From Octopus bimaculoides (lineage: Eukaryota), in the NCBI RefSeq assembly GCF_001194135.2, contig NC_068989.1:76711167-76758316 (forward strand): a DNA stretch of 47,150 bases, written 5' to 3'. Below are positions 26,663 through 38,349 of the stretch, one piece after another. A model generated the notes under the pieces. It searched no databases. It was not told the origin of the DNA and worked only from the letters and a program-made list of their open reading frames with translations. Made by a program: the position numbers and the translations under genes. Position 1 is the stretch's first letter, and every line of letters begins with the position of its first letter.

Positions 26663-27110
26663 ATCAACATCAGCACGCTGAACACCCACACATGCACCAC
26701 CGGCAACACACGTAGCTACAACCGTAACAGCAGCAACAACAGCAGCACCTACACCAGCGGTAGCAGTAATAACAATAGCAATATTAGGCAAGACACCACA
26801 AATCCTAGGAAATACATTGGTTGCGCGCAAACTTCCTTTAATAAACGTATTTCCAGCCATAGATCCCTCTTCAGGGTCCTGGAAACGAGATATCTAACAC
26901 CGCTGGCCTGCCATATTTGACAACTGAAGGAAGATGGAATTCCTCCACCGTCCCAGTCCGTACATAAGTGGAACGAAACGCTGCAAGCTATGTGTAGCCG
27001 AATGCATAGAAATCTGGAAAAGCTCGGACGTACCAGGTACCATACTGAATTCCTGAACGGAGAATTTCTGGCCGTGCTTGTATTTCAAAAGATTCTTCTT
27101 ATCGTTTCGG
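26663..27110 (+). mobile_element. Penelope-like element, GIY-YIG endonuclease C-terminal half (decayed)
   Basis: KYIGCAQTSFNKRISSHRSLFR (from 26810) ... LACHI*QLKEDGI, frameshift, then PYISGTKRCKLCVAECIEI...ILNS*TE. This matches the YIG...R...H and PY..G.K.C.LC..E...I...LN.R.E pattern of Penelope endonucleases. Confidence 0.88.
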
Positions 27111-27405
27111 AGACGGCATAATAGCGATAATAGCAGTATTAGCGATAATTACAACACAGCTGGAAATTGGTTGTTGATGAAAGTAGGAGATAACTCCCTC
27201 ACTTTAAACCTCATAGCCAACAGGCTGCGTAGCTGAAGGAGGACGACACAGCTGGAAGCCGATGACCAGCAGCAAAGGGAGATACTCCCCATTGTTTATA
27301 TTTGTATCGTTTCCAACTCTATATTTTAAAGACTGCTCGATTTCTTAGAGTGTGCTTCTTCTCCGGATTTATGTCTTTCTAAAAAGACGATATATATATA
27401 TATAA

Positions 27406-27625
27406 AATCATAAATATATAGGGATTGACAGTAACCTGCTTCTCCAACATACTGAGAATTCAGAAATAGCAGCCAAAGAACTACTGATTCCAAAACTACA
27501 AATTTTACTCAATCAATTTAGAGTAAAATTTGTAGTTTTGGAATCAGTAGTTCTTTGACTGCTATTTCTGAATTCTCAGTATGTTGGAGAAGCAGGTTAC
27601 TGTCAATTCCTATATATTTATGATT
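27406..27625. repeat. Near-perfect 220-bp palindrome (105-bp arms, 10-nt loop); possible fold-back MITE
   Basis: Arms 27406-27510 and 27521-27625 pair at 103/105 positions; loop AATCAATTTA. Confidence 0.97.
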
Positions 27626-27828
27626 ATAAATGATTTTACCGATAAGGTTTTTTCATACTGGGCTACCCGGCAAAATTGTTAATTATTAATGTTATTACTA
27701 ATTGACGATTCCCTGCCCTGTATATCTATATATATATATATATATATACATATATACATACATACATGCATACATACATACATACATTCACACATACATA
27801 CATACATACATATATACATACATATGTA

Positions 27829-28110
27829 TTACTTGTTTCAGTCATTTGACTGCGGCCATACTGGGGCATCCTCTTGAAGAATTTTAGTCGATCGAATCGA
27901 CCCAATAATTTATCTTTTTAAAGCCTGGCACTTATTCTGTTGGCACGTTTTGCCAAATCGCTTATTTACAGAGACGGACATATACCAATAGCAGTTGTCA
28001 AACGGTGTTGGGGGACAAACCAAGAAGACATGCAGAAATCGACCAAAGTCTTGAGAGAGGACTTCGTAGACGGAAACTAAAACAGGCTCGTTTTATATGT
28101 GTGTATGTGT
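27829..28110 (-). mobile_element. Rearranged family B SINE: minus-strand 3' half joined to plus-strand middle segment
   Basis: 27829-28020 matches the reverse complement of the family B tail. 28040-28105 (CGACCAAAGTCTTG...TAGACGGAAACT) matches 41854-41915 in forward orientation. Confidence 0.75.
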
Positions 28111-28150
28111 CTGTGCGCGCGCGTATGTGTATGTGTCTGCTTGTGTGTGC

Positions 28151-28154
<4 letters not shown>

Positions 28155-28226
<72 letters not shown>
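28155..28226. repeat. (GA)n microsatellite
   Basis: Directly visible. Confidence 0.98.
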
Positions 28227-28228
<2 letters not shown>

Positions 28229-28819
28229 AAACTAAAAATACAAAAATATCACTCAGCAACTCTATAAAAGAGATATTCAACCATCGATAGATAGTTGAAT
28301 TTCCCGCAGCTTACGAACTCCCAAGTAATGAATAAGAAAAGATAAAATAACCGAAGCAGAATTGACCATGCAAGTTCGCATGGATCTCTAAATGCGATAT
28401 TACGAATAGAAGATCATAAAAGGAGAAAAGCTAATGCATTGGAACTTGAAAGTATGTAACACACAAAGAATAAAAATAAATGAAGATACACTTCTTCGAA
28501 GTCACTTACAATAAGGAATAAAGAAATGTAGCTGTTGGTTTCAAAATAACCTAGACTCATTCAAAATATACATTTGATAAATCTGAAGAAGCAAGACTAT
28601 AAATGATGCTGGAAAAATGGATACGCAACATTAAAATGAGGTGCAAAACGTGTATAAAATGTAATTTAGGCAATCCCATAAAATGTTTCAAATTTAATCA
28701 TGTAGCGGTTATAAGCAGTTGCTCTTAGCGTAATTACCTCTAACCGAGATGTTGTAAATATATTCTTAACCAACATGTATATGTTTCAAAACACTTCTTT
28801 TTTTTTTATTTTAGCATTT

Positions 28820-29115
28820 ATCGTTTACTTCTTTCAGTCACTGGGCTGCGACCATGCAAGTGCACCACGTCGAACGGTTTTAGTCGAGGAAATCGACCCC
28901 TGTACTCATGATATTTTAAAAATCTGATACGTGTTCTACGTGGCACTTTTCTCCAATCATTAAGTTGATAATGCCGAGCGTAAAGAGACCAGCACCTGTT
29001 GTCAAACGGTGCAAGCCGAACACAAATACCAACATTCATTCAAACGCAATCACAAACACATGCACAGAGATACATAAAATAACTCGTATATACATACATA
29101 CATACACACACACAC

Positions 29116-29182
<67 letters not shown>

Positions 29183-29444
29183 CGTGTATNNNNNNNNNNN
29201 NNNNNNNNNNNNNNNNNNNNNNNNNNNNNNNNNNNNNNNNNNNNNNNATATATATATATATATATATATACATTTATATATATATACAAATGAAGAGGTA
29301 CCACACAGCTTCCATTAACCAAATTTGAATCATGGTATTAGTTGGTTCACAGATATTGTAGAAGAAACTTGCCCAATGAGGCAGGCAATGAGACTGAACC
29401 CAAAACCTTAAGAAAGGCGAGCTTGTTGATTACACAGCCATTGC
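28820..29444 (-). mobile_element. Family B SINE (diverged, full length, gap within internal microsatellite)
   Basis: Tail TTTACTTCTTTCAGTCA..GCTGCGACCATG; head GAAGAAACTTGCCCAA...ACTGAACCC...TACACAGCCA. Confidence 0.75.
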
Positions 29445-29617
29445 TACATTGTTTTGCGAGAGCCTGATATCGCAGGGTGTACTTTGAAATAAAATCGTTT
29501 TACTATTATAGTAATTGAACATATTGCAATGACGGAAATAAAATTGGATTTAGACACGCAAATGATTGAAAGGAGTAAAAAAAAGTGATACCAGAGGCAG
29601 AGAATGTGACTGTGAGC

Positions 29618-29663
<46 letters not shown>

Positions 29664-30441
29664 NNNNNNNNNNNNNNNNNNNNNNNNNNNNNNNNNNNNN
29701 NNNNNNNNNNNNNNNNNNNNNNNNNNNNNNNNNNNNNNNNNNNNNNNNNNNNNNNNNNNNNNNNNNNNNNNNNNNNNNNNNNNNNNNNNNNNNNNNNNNN
29801 NNNNNNNNNNNNNNNNNNNNNNNNNNNNNNNNNNNNNNNNNNNNNNNNNNNNNNNNNNNNNNNNNNNNNNNNNNNNNNNNNNNNNNNNNNNNNNNNNNNN
29901 NNNNNNNNNNNNNNNNNNNNNNNNNNNNNNNNNNNNNNNNNNNNNNNNNNNNNNNNNNNNNNNNNNNNNNNNNNNNNNNNNNNNNNNNNNNNNNNNNNNN
30001 NNNNNNNNNNNNNNNNNNNNNNNNNNNNNNNNNNNNNNNNNNNNNNNNNNNNNNNNNNNNNNNNNNNNNNNNNNNNNNNNNNNNNNNNNNNNNNNNNNNN
30101 NNNNNNNNNNNNNNNNNNNNNNNNNNNNNNNNNNNNNNNNNNNNNNNNNNNNNNNNNNNNNNNNNNNNNNNNNNNNNNNNNNNNNNNNNNNNNNNNNNNN
30201 NNNNNNNNNNNNNNNNNNNNNNNNNNNNNNNNNNNNNNNNNNNNNNNNNNNNNNNNNNNNNNNNNNNNNNNNNNNNNNNNNNNNNNNNNNNNNNNNNNNN
30301 NNNNNNNNNNNNNNNNNNNNNNNNNNNNNNNNNNNNNNNNNNNNNNNNNNNNNNNNNNNNNNNNNNNNNNNNNNNNNNNNNNNNNNNNNNNNNNNNNNNN
30401 NNNNNNNNNNNNNNNNNNNNNNNNNNNNNNNNNNNNNNNNN

Positions 30442-30476
<35 letters not shown>

Positions 30477-30559
30477 TACTAGGAAACGTGTCGCAAGAAC
30501 TTCGAAAAAGCACATCACTTGCCGTCGTTACAATGCGCTTTGCCTTGGTTTTTCCATTC

Positions 30560-31085
30560 TTTGTTGGGGTGTAGCTTTTTCAGTAGAAAAGGAAGAGGAA
30601 GGAATCTTGACAATGATTCTGTCTGCTCACTGTCTTAAAATATGGGTTACATCAAATATTCTGGTCAATATCATAAATTTGCTTGTCAGTTGCTGGACCT
30701 TAACAGGTTGAGCATGTCCCCTAGTGGTTGATAGTATGTGCAGCTTTGTTCACGAGTAGGAGAAGCGGGGGAGCATCATCGGCATGTGTTGAGAGGAATT
30801 GTTAGGGATTGAATAATTCACCTCTAGAAACATGGGTATTTAGTTCAACATCCTTAAACAAGCCTTGATTTGAGACCTTTTAAGCAGGATGGGCTACTCG
30901 ACCTGAAGAATATTCTAATTGGGCCCCACCTGCTAGGTCATGCGCTGTTTTCCTCGATATGAGACCACCATGTCATGTACATATGGTTGTAATGCATGTG
31001 CATGATCTATCCTTATAAGATGGATATATTAGGCTTGTGTATTTGTGTCCCAGTGTTAGTTTGATGGCATGCGCTGCTCTGTCAT
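30560..31085 (-). mobile_element. Interspersed repeat, probably a non-autonomous retroelement common in Octopus
   Basis: GC-richer island whose sequence (GGATGGGCTACTCGACCTGAAGAA..TTCTAATTGGGCCCCACCTGC..GGTCATGCGCTG) I recall as a high-copy octopus repeat. There is no second copy in the window, so this needs a Dfam/Repbase check. Confidence 0.45.
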
Positions 31086-31087
31086 GC

Positions 31088-31104
31088 TACTAATACTACT
31101 GCTG

Positions 31105-31159
<55 letters not shown>

Positions 31160-31416
31160 TACTACTACTACTAATAATAATAATAATCGAATAATGATGA
31201 GGATGATGATGATGATGATGATGATGATAATAATAATAATAATAATAATAACCAAATAATAATAATTAACCAAAATGAAGTAGATTGACAAATTTATTTT
31301 TTGAACCAGTTGAAGACACACGAGATGTCGAAATATCGTTCAACAGATAACAAATGGCACTCTTCTTTTAATTTTGACTCTATATCTTCAGGAGGAGTTA
31401 CCTCAATCCTTTCTAT

Positions 31417-31468
<52 letters not shown>
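31088..31468. repeat. Compound (CTA)n/(ATA)n/(GAT)n triplet arrays
   Basis: Directly visible at 31088-31255 and 31418-31468. Confidence 0.95.
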
Positions 31469-31469
<1 letters not shown>

Positions 31470-31914
31470 TACAATGTTATTTTTAAAAGTTTGACGATAT
31501 CAGCAATATGTTCTAGAGACAATAAACTACATTCTTTTTTTGTTTTTCATTTGCATTTTTTCTGTCGGTTCTTTATTTCGTATTTCTTTTCATTCGATTT
31601 TATCCGAGTACTTTCACGTCATTTCCTTTGCATTGATACCATTTCAAATGTCAGTGTGTTATCTAGACAAGTAAATTTTAGAGGAAGTGAAATATAAATC
31701 GTGCCAGTCAGAAGATTGATTTTCTTCTGATTAATCGCTGACACAAAAATCCAATTTAATTTTACGCTGTTTTTATCATAACTATATACAACTTACCTTA
31801 GTGGCAGTCGGATATAATGCGGCAGGAAACATTCGAGCCATTTGGTATGCTAGCGTTTGTCTAACTATGTATCACTCCTGCAATGGAGTTAACAAATAAT
31901 GGTTATTATTTAAG

Positions 31915-32125
31915 AAAAGGCTGGGACACCGAAAAGGCAGAATTGTTAGCACGCCGAGAAAAATACTTGAGACATTTCATCCGTCTCCAAGTTCTCAGTT
32001 CAAATTCCGCAGTGGTCGACTTTGCCTATCATCCTTTTGGATGTTGGTAAAATAAGTACCACTTAATCATCGAGGTTGATGCAATCGACTCATTCTCACT
32101 CCCAAACTTTCTGGCCTTATGTCAT
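31915..32125 (+). mobile_element. Family A SINE
   Basis: GGCAGAATTGTTAGCACGCCG...GTTCAAATTCCGC..GGTCGACTTTGCCTATCATCC...AATAAGTACCA. Confidence 0.8.
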
Positions 32126-32284
32126 CTGACACTATGTACTTTTGTCTGAGACGTTATAATTGTTAATTCTTACCTGTATTCACCTGATGAAAACGTTTTC
32201 TTTTAGCATGATGTAATACTTCTGTTTATCAATAGAAACACATCAGACACTCAGAAACAACTATAGTGTACCACAATCCATATG

Positions 32285-32448
32285 TATTTATACACGACGG
32301 GCTTCTTTCATTTTCCTTCTACCAAATTCACATGCAAAGCTTCGGTGTCGGTATGAGGCTATAGTAGGAAACTCTTGCCCAATGTGTGACGCCGTGGGAC
32401 TGAATCTGGAACTATTTTGCTGAGAAGCAAACTTTTTAAACACAGCTT
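32285..32448 (-). mobile_element. Family B SINE, 5' half
   Basis: ACGACGGGCTTCTTTCA..TCTACCAAATTCAC...GGCTATAGTAG..CTTGCCCAA...GTGGGACTGAA is the reverse complement of the 41750 head. Confidence 0.75.
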
Positions 32449-32469
32449 TTCTTTATAATGCTTTTACAA

Positions 32470-32677
32470 ATTTTGGTACAGAGCTGGTAATATTAGTGGA
32501 AAGGTTTGTTCAATTAGATTGACACCGGTACTTGACTGCTACGATAGTCTATCAACCAGAGAGGATAAAAAGCAAAGCTGACATCAGCGGGATCGGAACT
32601 CAAAAAGTTAAGAACCCAAAGAAATTCCACTGAACATTCTGTCCATGAAGCTAACGATTCTGTCACTTCACCACCTT
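32470..32677 (-). mobile_element. Family A SINE (diverged)
   Basis: GGATAAAAAGCAAAGCTGAC...GAACTCA...GCTAACGATTCTG aligns with 574-786. Confidence 0.7.
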
Positions 32678-34757
32678 TATCTATTTGGCGATGTTGGTTT
32701 ACATAATAATCGATTATATCCATTCCACCAAATTGGAGACCTTGCGTCGTTCGGATAGTTATAGGCGATTTTATTGACTCTGGAAACCTGGGAGGGTAGT
32801 TAGAGCGAATATATTAGCTCTGGAATTTTCTTTAATCGTCTCTAGATGGGTAAAAATATAAAAGGTGAACCAAGCGGGATGTGAATTTTGAGCGAATACT
32901 CCCGAACTAAAAAAACTGCTAGATGTTTCTTAGCCACCGTTCTACCAATTTTTGAAATCCACTGCCGTAAAGCGCAATCCATTATGGTTGATGCTGGAAA
33001 TTTTCAACTTAAAAAACTTGAATAAATCTCAGTAGTGTTCAATAAAGAGAAGAGGCACATCTGAAGACGTATCTCTCAATAGAGATTATAGAGGATATGC
33101 ATCCGAATAGTGAATGTACACCAGTAAGTAATAACCTCTCCAATTACAAAGTAGACGTCCAATAGGCATACCTCTCTGGAGGGGATAAGCATCACACCAT
33201 ATTACATATTACATATTACAAATTTTTAATATATCTTCCAGTAGAATATAGACCCTCATCAGAAGATTTAAATCATAAAGTAACTTCTCAATAGAAGATA
33301 TAATTTCTAATAGAAACCACAATTTTTTTATCCCTTATAGTTCTCAAACTGAAGGTATTAAGTAACGATAATAACAAGTATTCTATGTATATAGTTTAAT
33401 ACTTGATTTATCTCTGTAAACATGAGAAAGACAATTTATAGCATCCTTAAACATAATCGCATCCACTTAAATGAGTTAACACATATTTTTTCAAACTTTA
33501 TAGACTACGCAATTCCGTTACTTTTTCTCTGACAGGATGTGGAACTGGCACTGTCAGCAAACAGTTGTCTGTTATACAAAGTAATTAATAGATTTACTAA
33601 ATAAAGTGTACGACACTAAATGCATTTATTGCCACTAATTTTATTTGTCTAATGGATGTTAAGTAATTAAACAATAAAAGAGCGTAGACGTCCAATGACT
33701 CGGCTGCTACACAGTCGATTTAGCAAGCTGGTAGCTTTTAACATATTTGCTAAGCTATTTTTTTGAAATCCCACTCCAGTTTCCTTGCGTAAGGTAGACA
33801 GTGCTTTCATATCATCTACAAAGAAAATGCACCGGATCAATTTTGCTTTATTGCAAGAAATATTATACTGAAGACCGCAGATGTGGAAGAGTTAAAGAGG
33901 TATCGAAATAACTATGAGACTAAGTTGTTCAGTGAACAAGCCTGGAGAGAGATGTTGCACAAATTACAGATTTCCGCTCTTAATGAGAAACTAATGATTT
34001 CATTTTTATTCATCTGATTTTGCATTATATTTTTATATTATAGTTTATATATTTTATTTTATATTTCATTTTTTTCCTTTCTGTGCCAGGTACAACCATT
34101 CCAAATCTGCAGCTGCGTCGAAGGTCTTACTTTTGAATAATTTTTATTTATTTTTATTAAAGTGTTATCATTAATACTTTTTAACTCATTTGTTAACATT
34201 TTAAAACCATGTAGAGACTTCTTTTTACCACCTCACCATTTATCTTTTCCTCCGCTGAGCTTCACAATTAACATCTCTAATGTCACAAGCAAGTATCGAG
34301 ATTGTAATAGGATTTGAACAAAAAAAAAATCAAGTTGAGAGAAAATGTTAGCACCGCACATCCCTCCCAAAATAAAAGCAACAATGAATGGAAACTATAC
34401 ATTTAACTACTCAAGCTTAGGACGAAATGATTGATTTTCAATTGTTCATTGGAGACTGACGTTAAAGAGATTCTTGTTTTTCTTTGACAATCACTAAATA
34501 CGATATTTTATAAAGGTTAAAAGAGCCTTTAAACATTTTTAATACATTATGGATCATTGAAATGTTTCCAATGTTTATATTTAAGGCTATATATATATAT
34601 ATATATATATATATATNNNNNNNNNNNNNNNNNNNNNNNNNNNNNNNNNNNNNNNNNNNNNNNNNNNNNNNNNNNNTGTGTGTGTGTGTGTGAGTGTGTG
34701 TGTGTTTGTGTGTCTGTATACACACATATACACATATACACACATATACATATATAA

Positions 34758-34799
<42 letters not shown>

Positions 34800-37353
34800 C
34801 CTTAAGTGTGTGAGTATGTGTGAGTCTGTGTATGAGTGTCTGTCTTTCTGTATGTATGTATGAATGTAAGCCAGTATGTGTGCGCATAAACAAACAAAAT
34901 AAAAATAGAAAATGTTTTCTAGATCATTTTCGAAAGAGTTAACGCATTTGTGCAACGACCGTACATATGTAGCTAAAATATAATGTATTATGATATTTAC
35001 AAAGAACCTAATTGTACAGGGAATTGTAAGATAGATGCATTAATGCAGAATATATGTGTACTAATATTCATCTAGGAATTTTACTGTAGTGTTAGACAAA
35101 CAGTTATCTATTACATTACTTATTACACATTTAAAGGAATGAACTAATAGTTGCACAATTTGGATTAGTAGATATTCTAGATAAAGAATTTGCCACGATG
35201 TTCGTGCAATTGATCTGCTGGTATTACTGGGATGTTTGTGCGTTTAGCTTAGACATTATCTAGTCCATGTATTCTTAAATATTTACAACGAATTTTGAAA
35301 TTATTAACTGCCTTAACGTGAACGTCTTTTTTAGGCATCATAACTCTTTCTGTAAGATATTTTCTATAAGTAATGAACGATCGAACGACCGTTAATATGA
35401 AAAACGAAGGATTTAAAAGTGATTCTACGTTCATATAATTTATCGGATTTGTCACACATTTACTTCTGTAGAGTAATGTGTATCATTAAAATATATTGGT
35501 TGCATGATGTATAAAGATGTTTTGTTATTTTGCTTAAATATATATCATATAATCCAAGGAGGAATTAAAAAAATGTTTAATCTCATGATAACTCTTATTC
35601 ACCAAGAGTACCACTAGTATGAATATGGAGAGTTTGTAAACTAAGTTCATTCTCATTCCACTTTGACCGATTTGAACACTCTTATTTCGGAAATATATTT
35701 TCGAGTGTAGTGCTGGAGTACAGTCAGTTAACTATACGTTATAAATTTGTTCTTTGATTGCATTAAAAATACATCGATATTGATCAAATCTAGAGTTATT
35801 CGTGAATACGATTTAATGTTCCCGTCAGTCGAAACTGTGACCGAGTGCAGCTAACGTCAACTATAACGTTAATGGTTACTAAAACGTCAGAAAGCTCATT
35901 GCCTTGACGTCTCTTTTAACATGTGTAGCGACTGGGATCAAAATAATATCATGATTAATCGCTATATTTATATGTAATTTCAAAATAATAACCATTACTG
36001 GGATTATGGTTATAATGATGGGGCGAAGTTGTCAGTATTGAAGACAAACCGTCAATAATCTAAGCCTTAAATACCATCTGTCAACAGCAAATAAAACTAT
36101 TGAATTCTTTTATAGAACGTAGGAGATAATGAAAGGTTATTTTAAATTTGAATGAAAGTTTCACAGTGTCTTAGAATAATGCGTTGAAAGAAAGAAGTAT
36201 GTCACGTCAAGACACTCAAATAAACTTAAGTAATTATCTGTCGATGCTGATATTCGTTTAATTCCACAACTACGTTTAGACGACCGTAAAATGTGATATC
36301 TCAAGCAATATATCAAAAACTGAAGATAATATATTCCCGACGAAAAGTAGACATGTGACAGGATTTATTTAATTTAATCAGTATCTTATGATCAGGATAT
36401 ATTTTTTATTAGCAAGTATCGTTCAAATCAGTTATTCTACGGTCATGATTTCGTTAAGATAATGTCATATGGTCTAGGGATAAGGGGGCAGAATTGTATT
36501 AATTTAGTCTCCACTGTCATTATATAATCTTCGTATGTCTATATGAGTGCATACATTTATATACTTGTAACCTCGAGTGAAAAACAGCTTTTGCGGACAG
36601 CTGCTATACTACTTCACTTAAACAGTCCGAAAGAAACATATTATGGATCGCTTAACTTAGTTTCAAAGCTCTTGACGTTGACAAGATTTCCTGTTCCTAC
36701 TGTAAATGTAAGGAAAATTAGGGGCAACGAAATTTTGCTCGCCATTTTAATTGTTACAATTAGCGTTTAGTCATGGTTTAAAATTCTATACATTAATTCA
36801 ATGTATTGCAGAGGTCTTCAGTTTCTTTATTTTTCTATAGTCACGCTGTATTGGTATTTTCGTATTTAACTTCACGTTATTTCTTCACCTGAACTGCGTG
36901 CATCCAAATTGCGGCTCCTCCGTATACGTTTCACTTATTCATCGATATCTTATTCTGATTTCATTTTCTCGGCATTCTTCATTGGTCTCTAAATATCTCT
37001 GTATGCAATGTCATATTCTTCTTTCATAATAGTTCTTTTTTGCATGCGTGGCTGTGCGGCTATGGAACTTGCTTTTCAACCACATGACTCCAAAAAATAT
37101 ATATGTATGTATGGATGCATAAATGTATACATACATACATACATATATATANNNNNNNNNNNNNNNNNNNNNNNNNNNNNNNNNNNNNNNNNNNNNNNNN
37201 NNNNNNNNNNNNNNNNNNNNNNNNNNNNNNNNNNNNNNNNNNNNNNNNNNNNNNNNNNNNNNNNNNNNNNNNNNNNNNNNNNNNNNNNNNNNNNNNNNNN
37301 NNNNNNNNNNNNNNNNNNNNNNNNNNNNNNNNNNNNNNNNNNNNNNNNNNNNN

Positions 37354-37384
<31 letters not shown>

Positions 37385-37559
37385 GTGTGTATAATTATAG
37401 TATATTCTGATAAGAACATAGTACAGTAAGCATAAAGCCCGTCCCCCTTCAGATTTACACTCTGCTATCCAGTACTTGTTTTATACGTATTTCCAGGTTT
37501 GAACATCTGTTGTATGTAAACAGATAAATGAAAAGCATGGAGTCAACAAGAAGGGGTAC

Positions 37560-37830
37560 GGTTGGACATTTATTTTTTAATCACTACAATTGTTTCCACG
37601 CCACTTAGTTCACCAGGTGTGCAGGTATTTGATTAGGCAACTGTTTCCCTGCATTATGAGATCTAGTTATATTTCCTAAGGCTACATATAAGTATTGTCT
37701 CTTCGGCTTCAAGGACATCCTCTCTGTCTGTCGTCACCTGAATTTAGTAGTAGCCTCTGAGCTTTTCAGGATGTGTTGTTGCTGAAGGGCCGTTGGCAAA
37801 CTGTTTTGAATGTGTAGACGTAGTACAAAG
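37560..37830 (-). mobile_element. Probable Penelope-like 3' end (GIY-YIG tail plus hammerhead-like motif)
   Basis: Minus frame ...DREDVLEAEETILICSLRKYN resembles the R...E...I..L...LN end of GIY-YIG domains. It is followed by CACCTGGTGA..GAAACAATTGTAGTG. Confidence 0.4.
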
Positions 37831-38349
37831 AAATAAAATACCAATCCCTTTAAAACAGCAATCATTTTAACCGTACGAAAATCATCATACCCACAACAAA
37901 TTAAACACCATACCCATTACATCTACACATACAAAGCAGTTTGCCAACGGCCCTTCCACTAGGAATATATATATATATATATATATCACTGCGTATCTTT
38001 TGCATCTTTTCTCTAGGGGGTGCAGACGGTTTTTTAGCCTCTCCCAGTAGCTCAGCTGATGTACAATCTCCTTTCTGTGGCGACGTTGGATTACCTCCCG
38101 TTCCGCTGTTAGTTTGACGCTTTCTGACGACCACACCTGGGAGCAATAAACTTGAGGGTTGAGAACAAATGATCTCCATACAAAGTATCCTTCTGTTTCA
38201 GAATTCAATTAACCTCTCCTACGCAGTGTTGACACCTTTGGAATATGAACTTGGAATAATGCATCATTGCTGTCGAGTTATGAAATTATGTACTCTCTTC
38301 TAAGTATCGTGTATTTAATAAGCTCTATGTAAATGTATTTGAATATATG

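Noticed and set aside
35170-35455. Minus-strand ORF 35249..35455 continuing past a stop (AKRTNIPVIPADQLHEHRGKFF)
   Set aside because: It looks somewhat protein-like but has no recognisable motif or splice context; at most an unassignable transposon relic.
36895-36990. Minus-strand AG/GT-bounded segment ETNEECRENEIRIRYR*ISETYTEEPQFGCTQF
   Set aside because: It has an in-frame stop, a weak acceptor and a phase incompatible with the other candidate exons.
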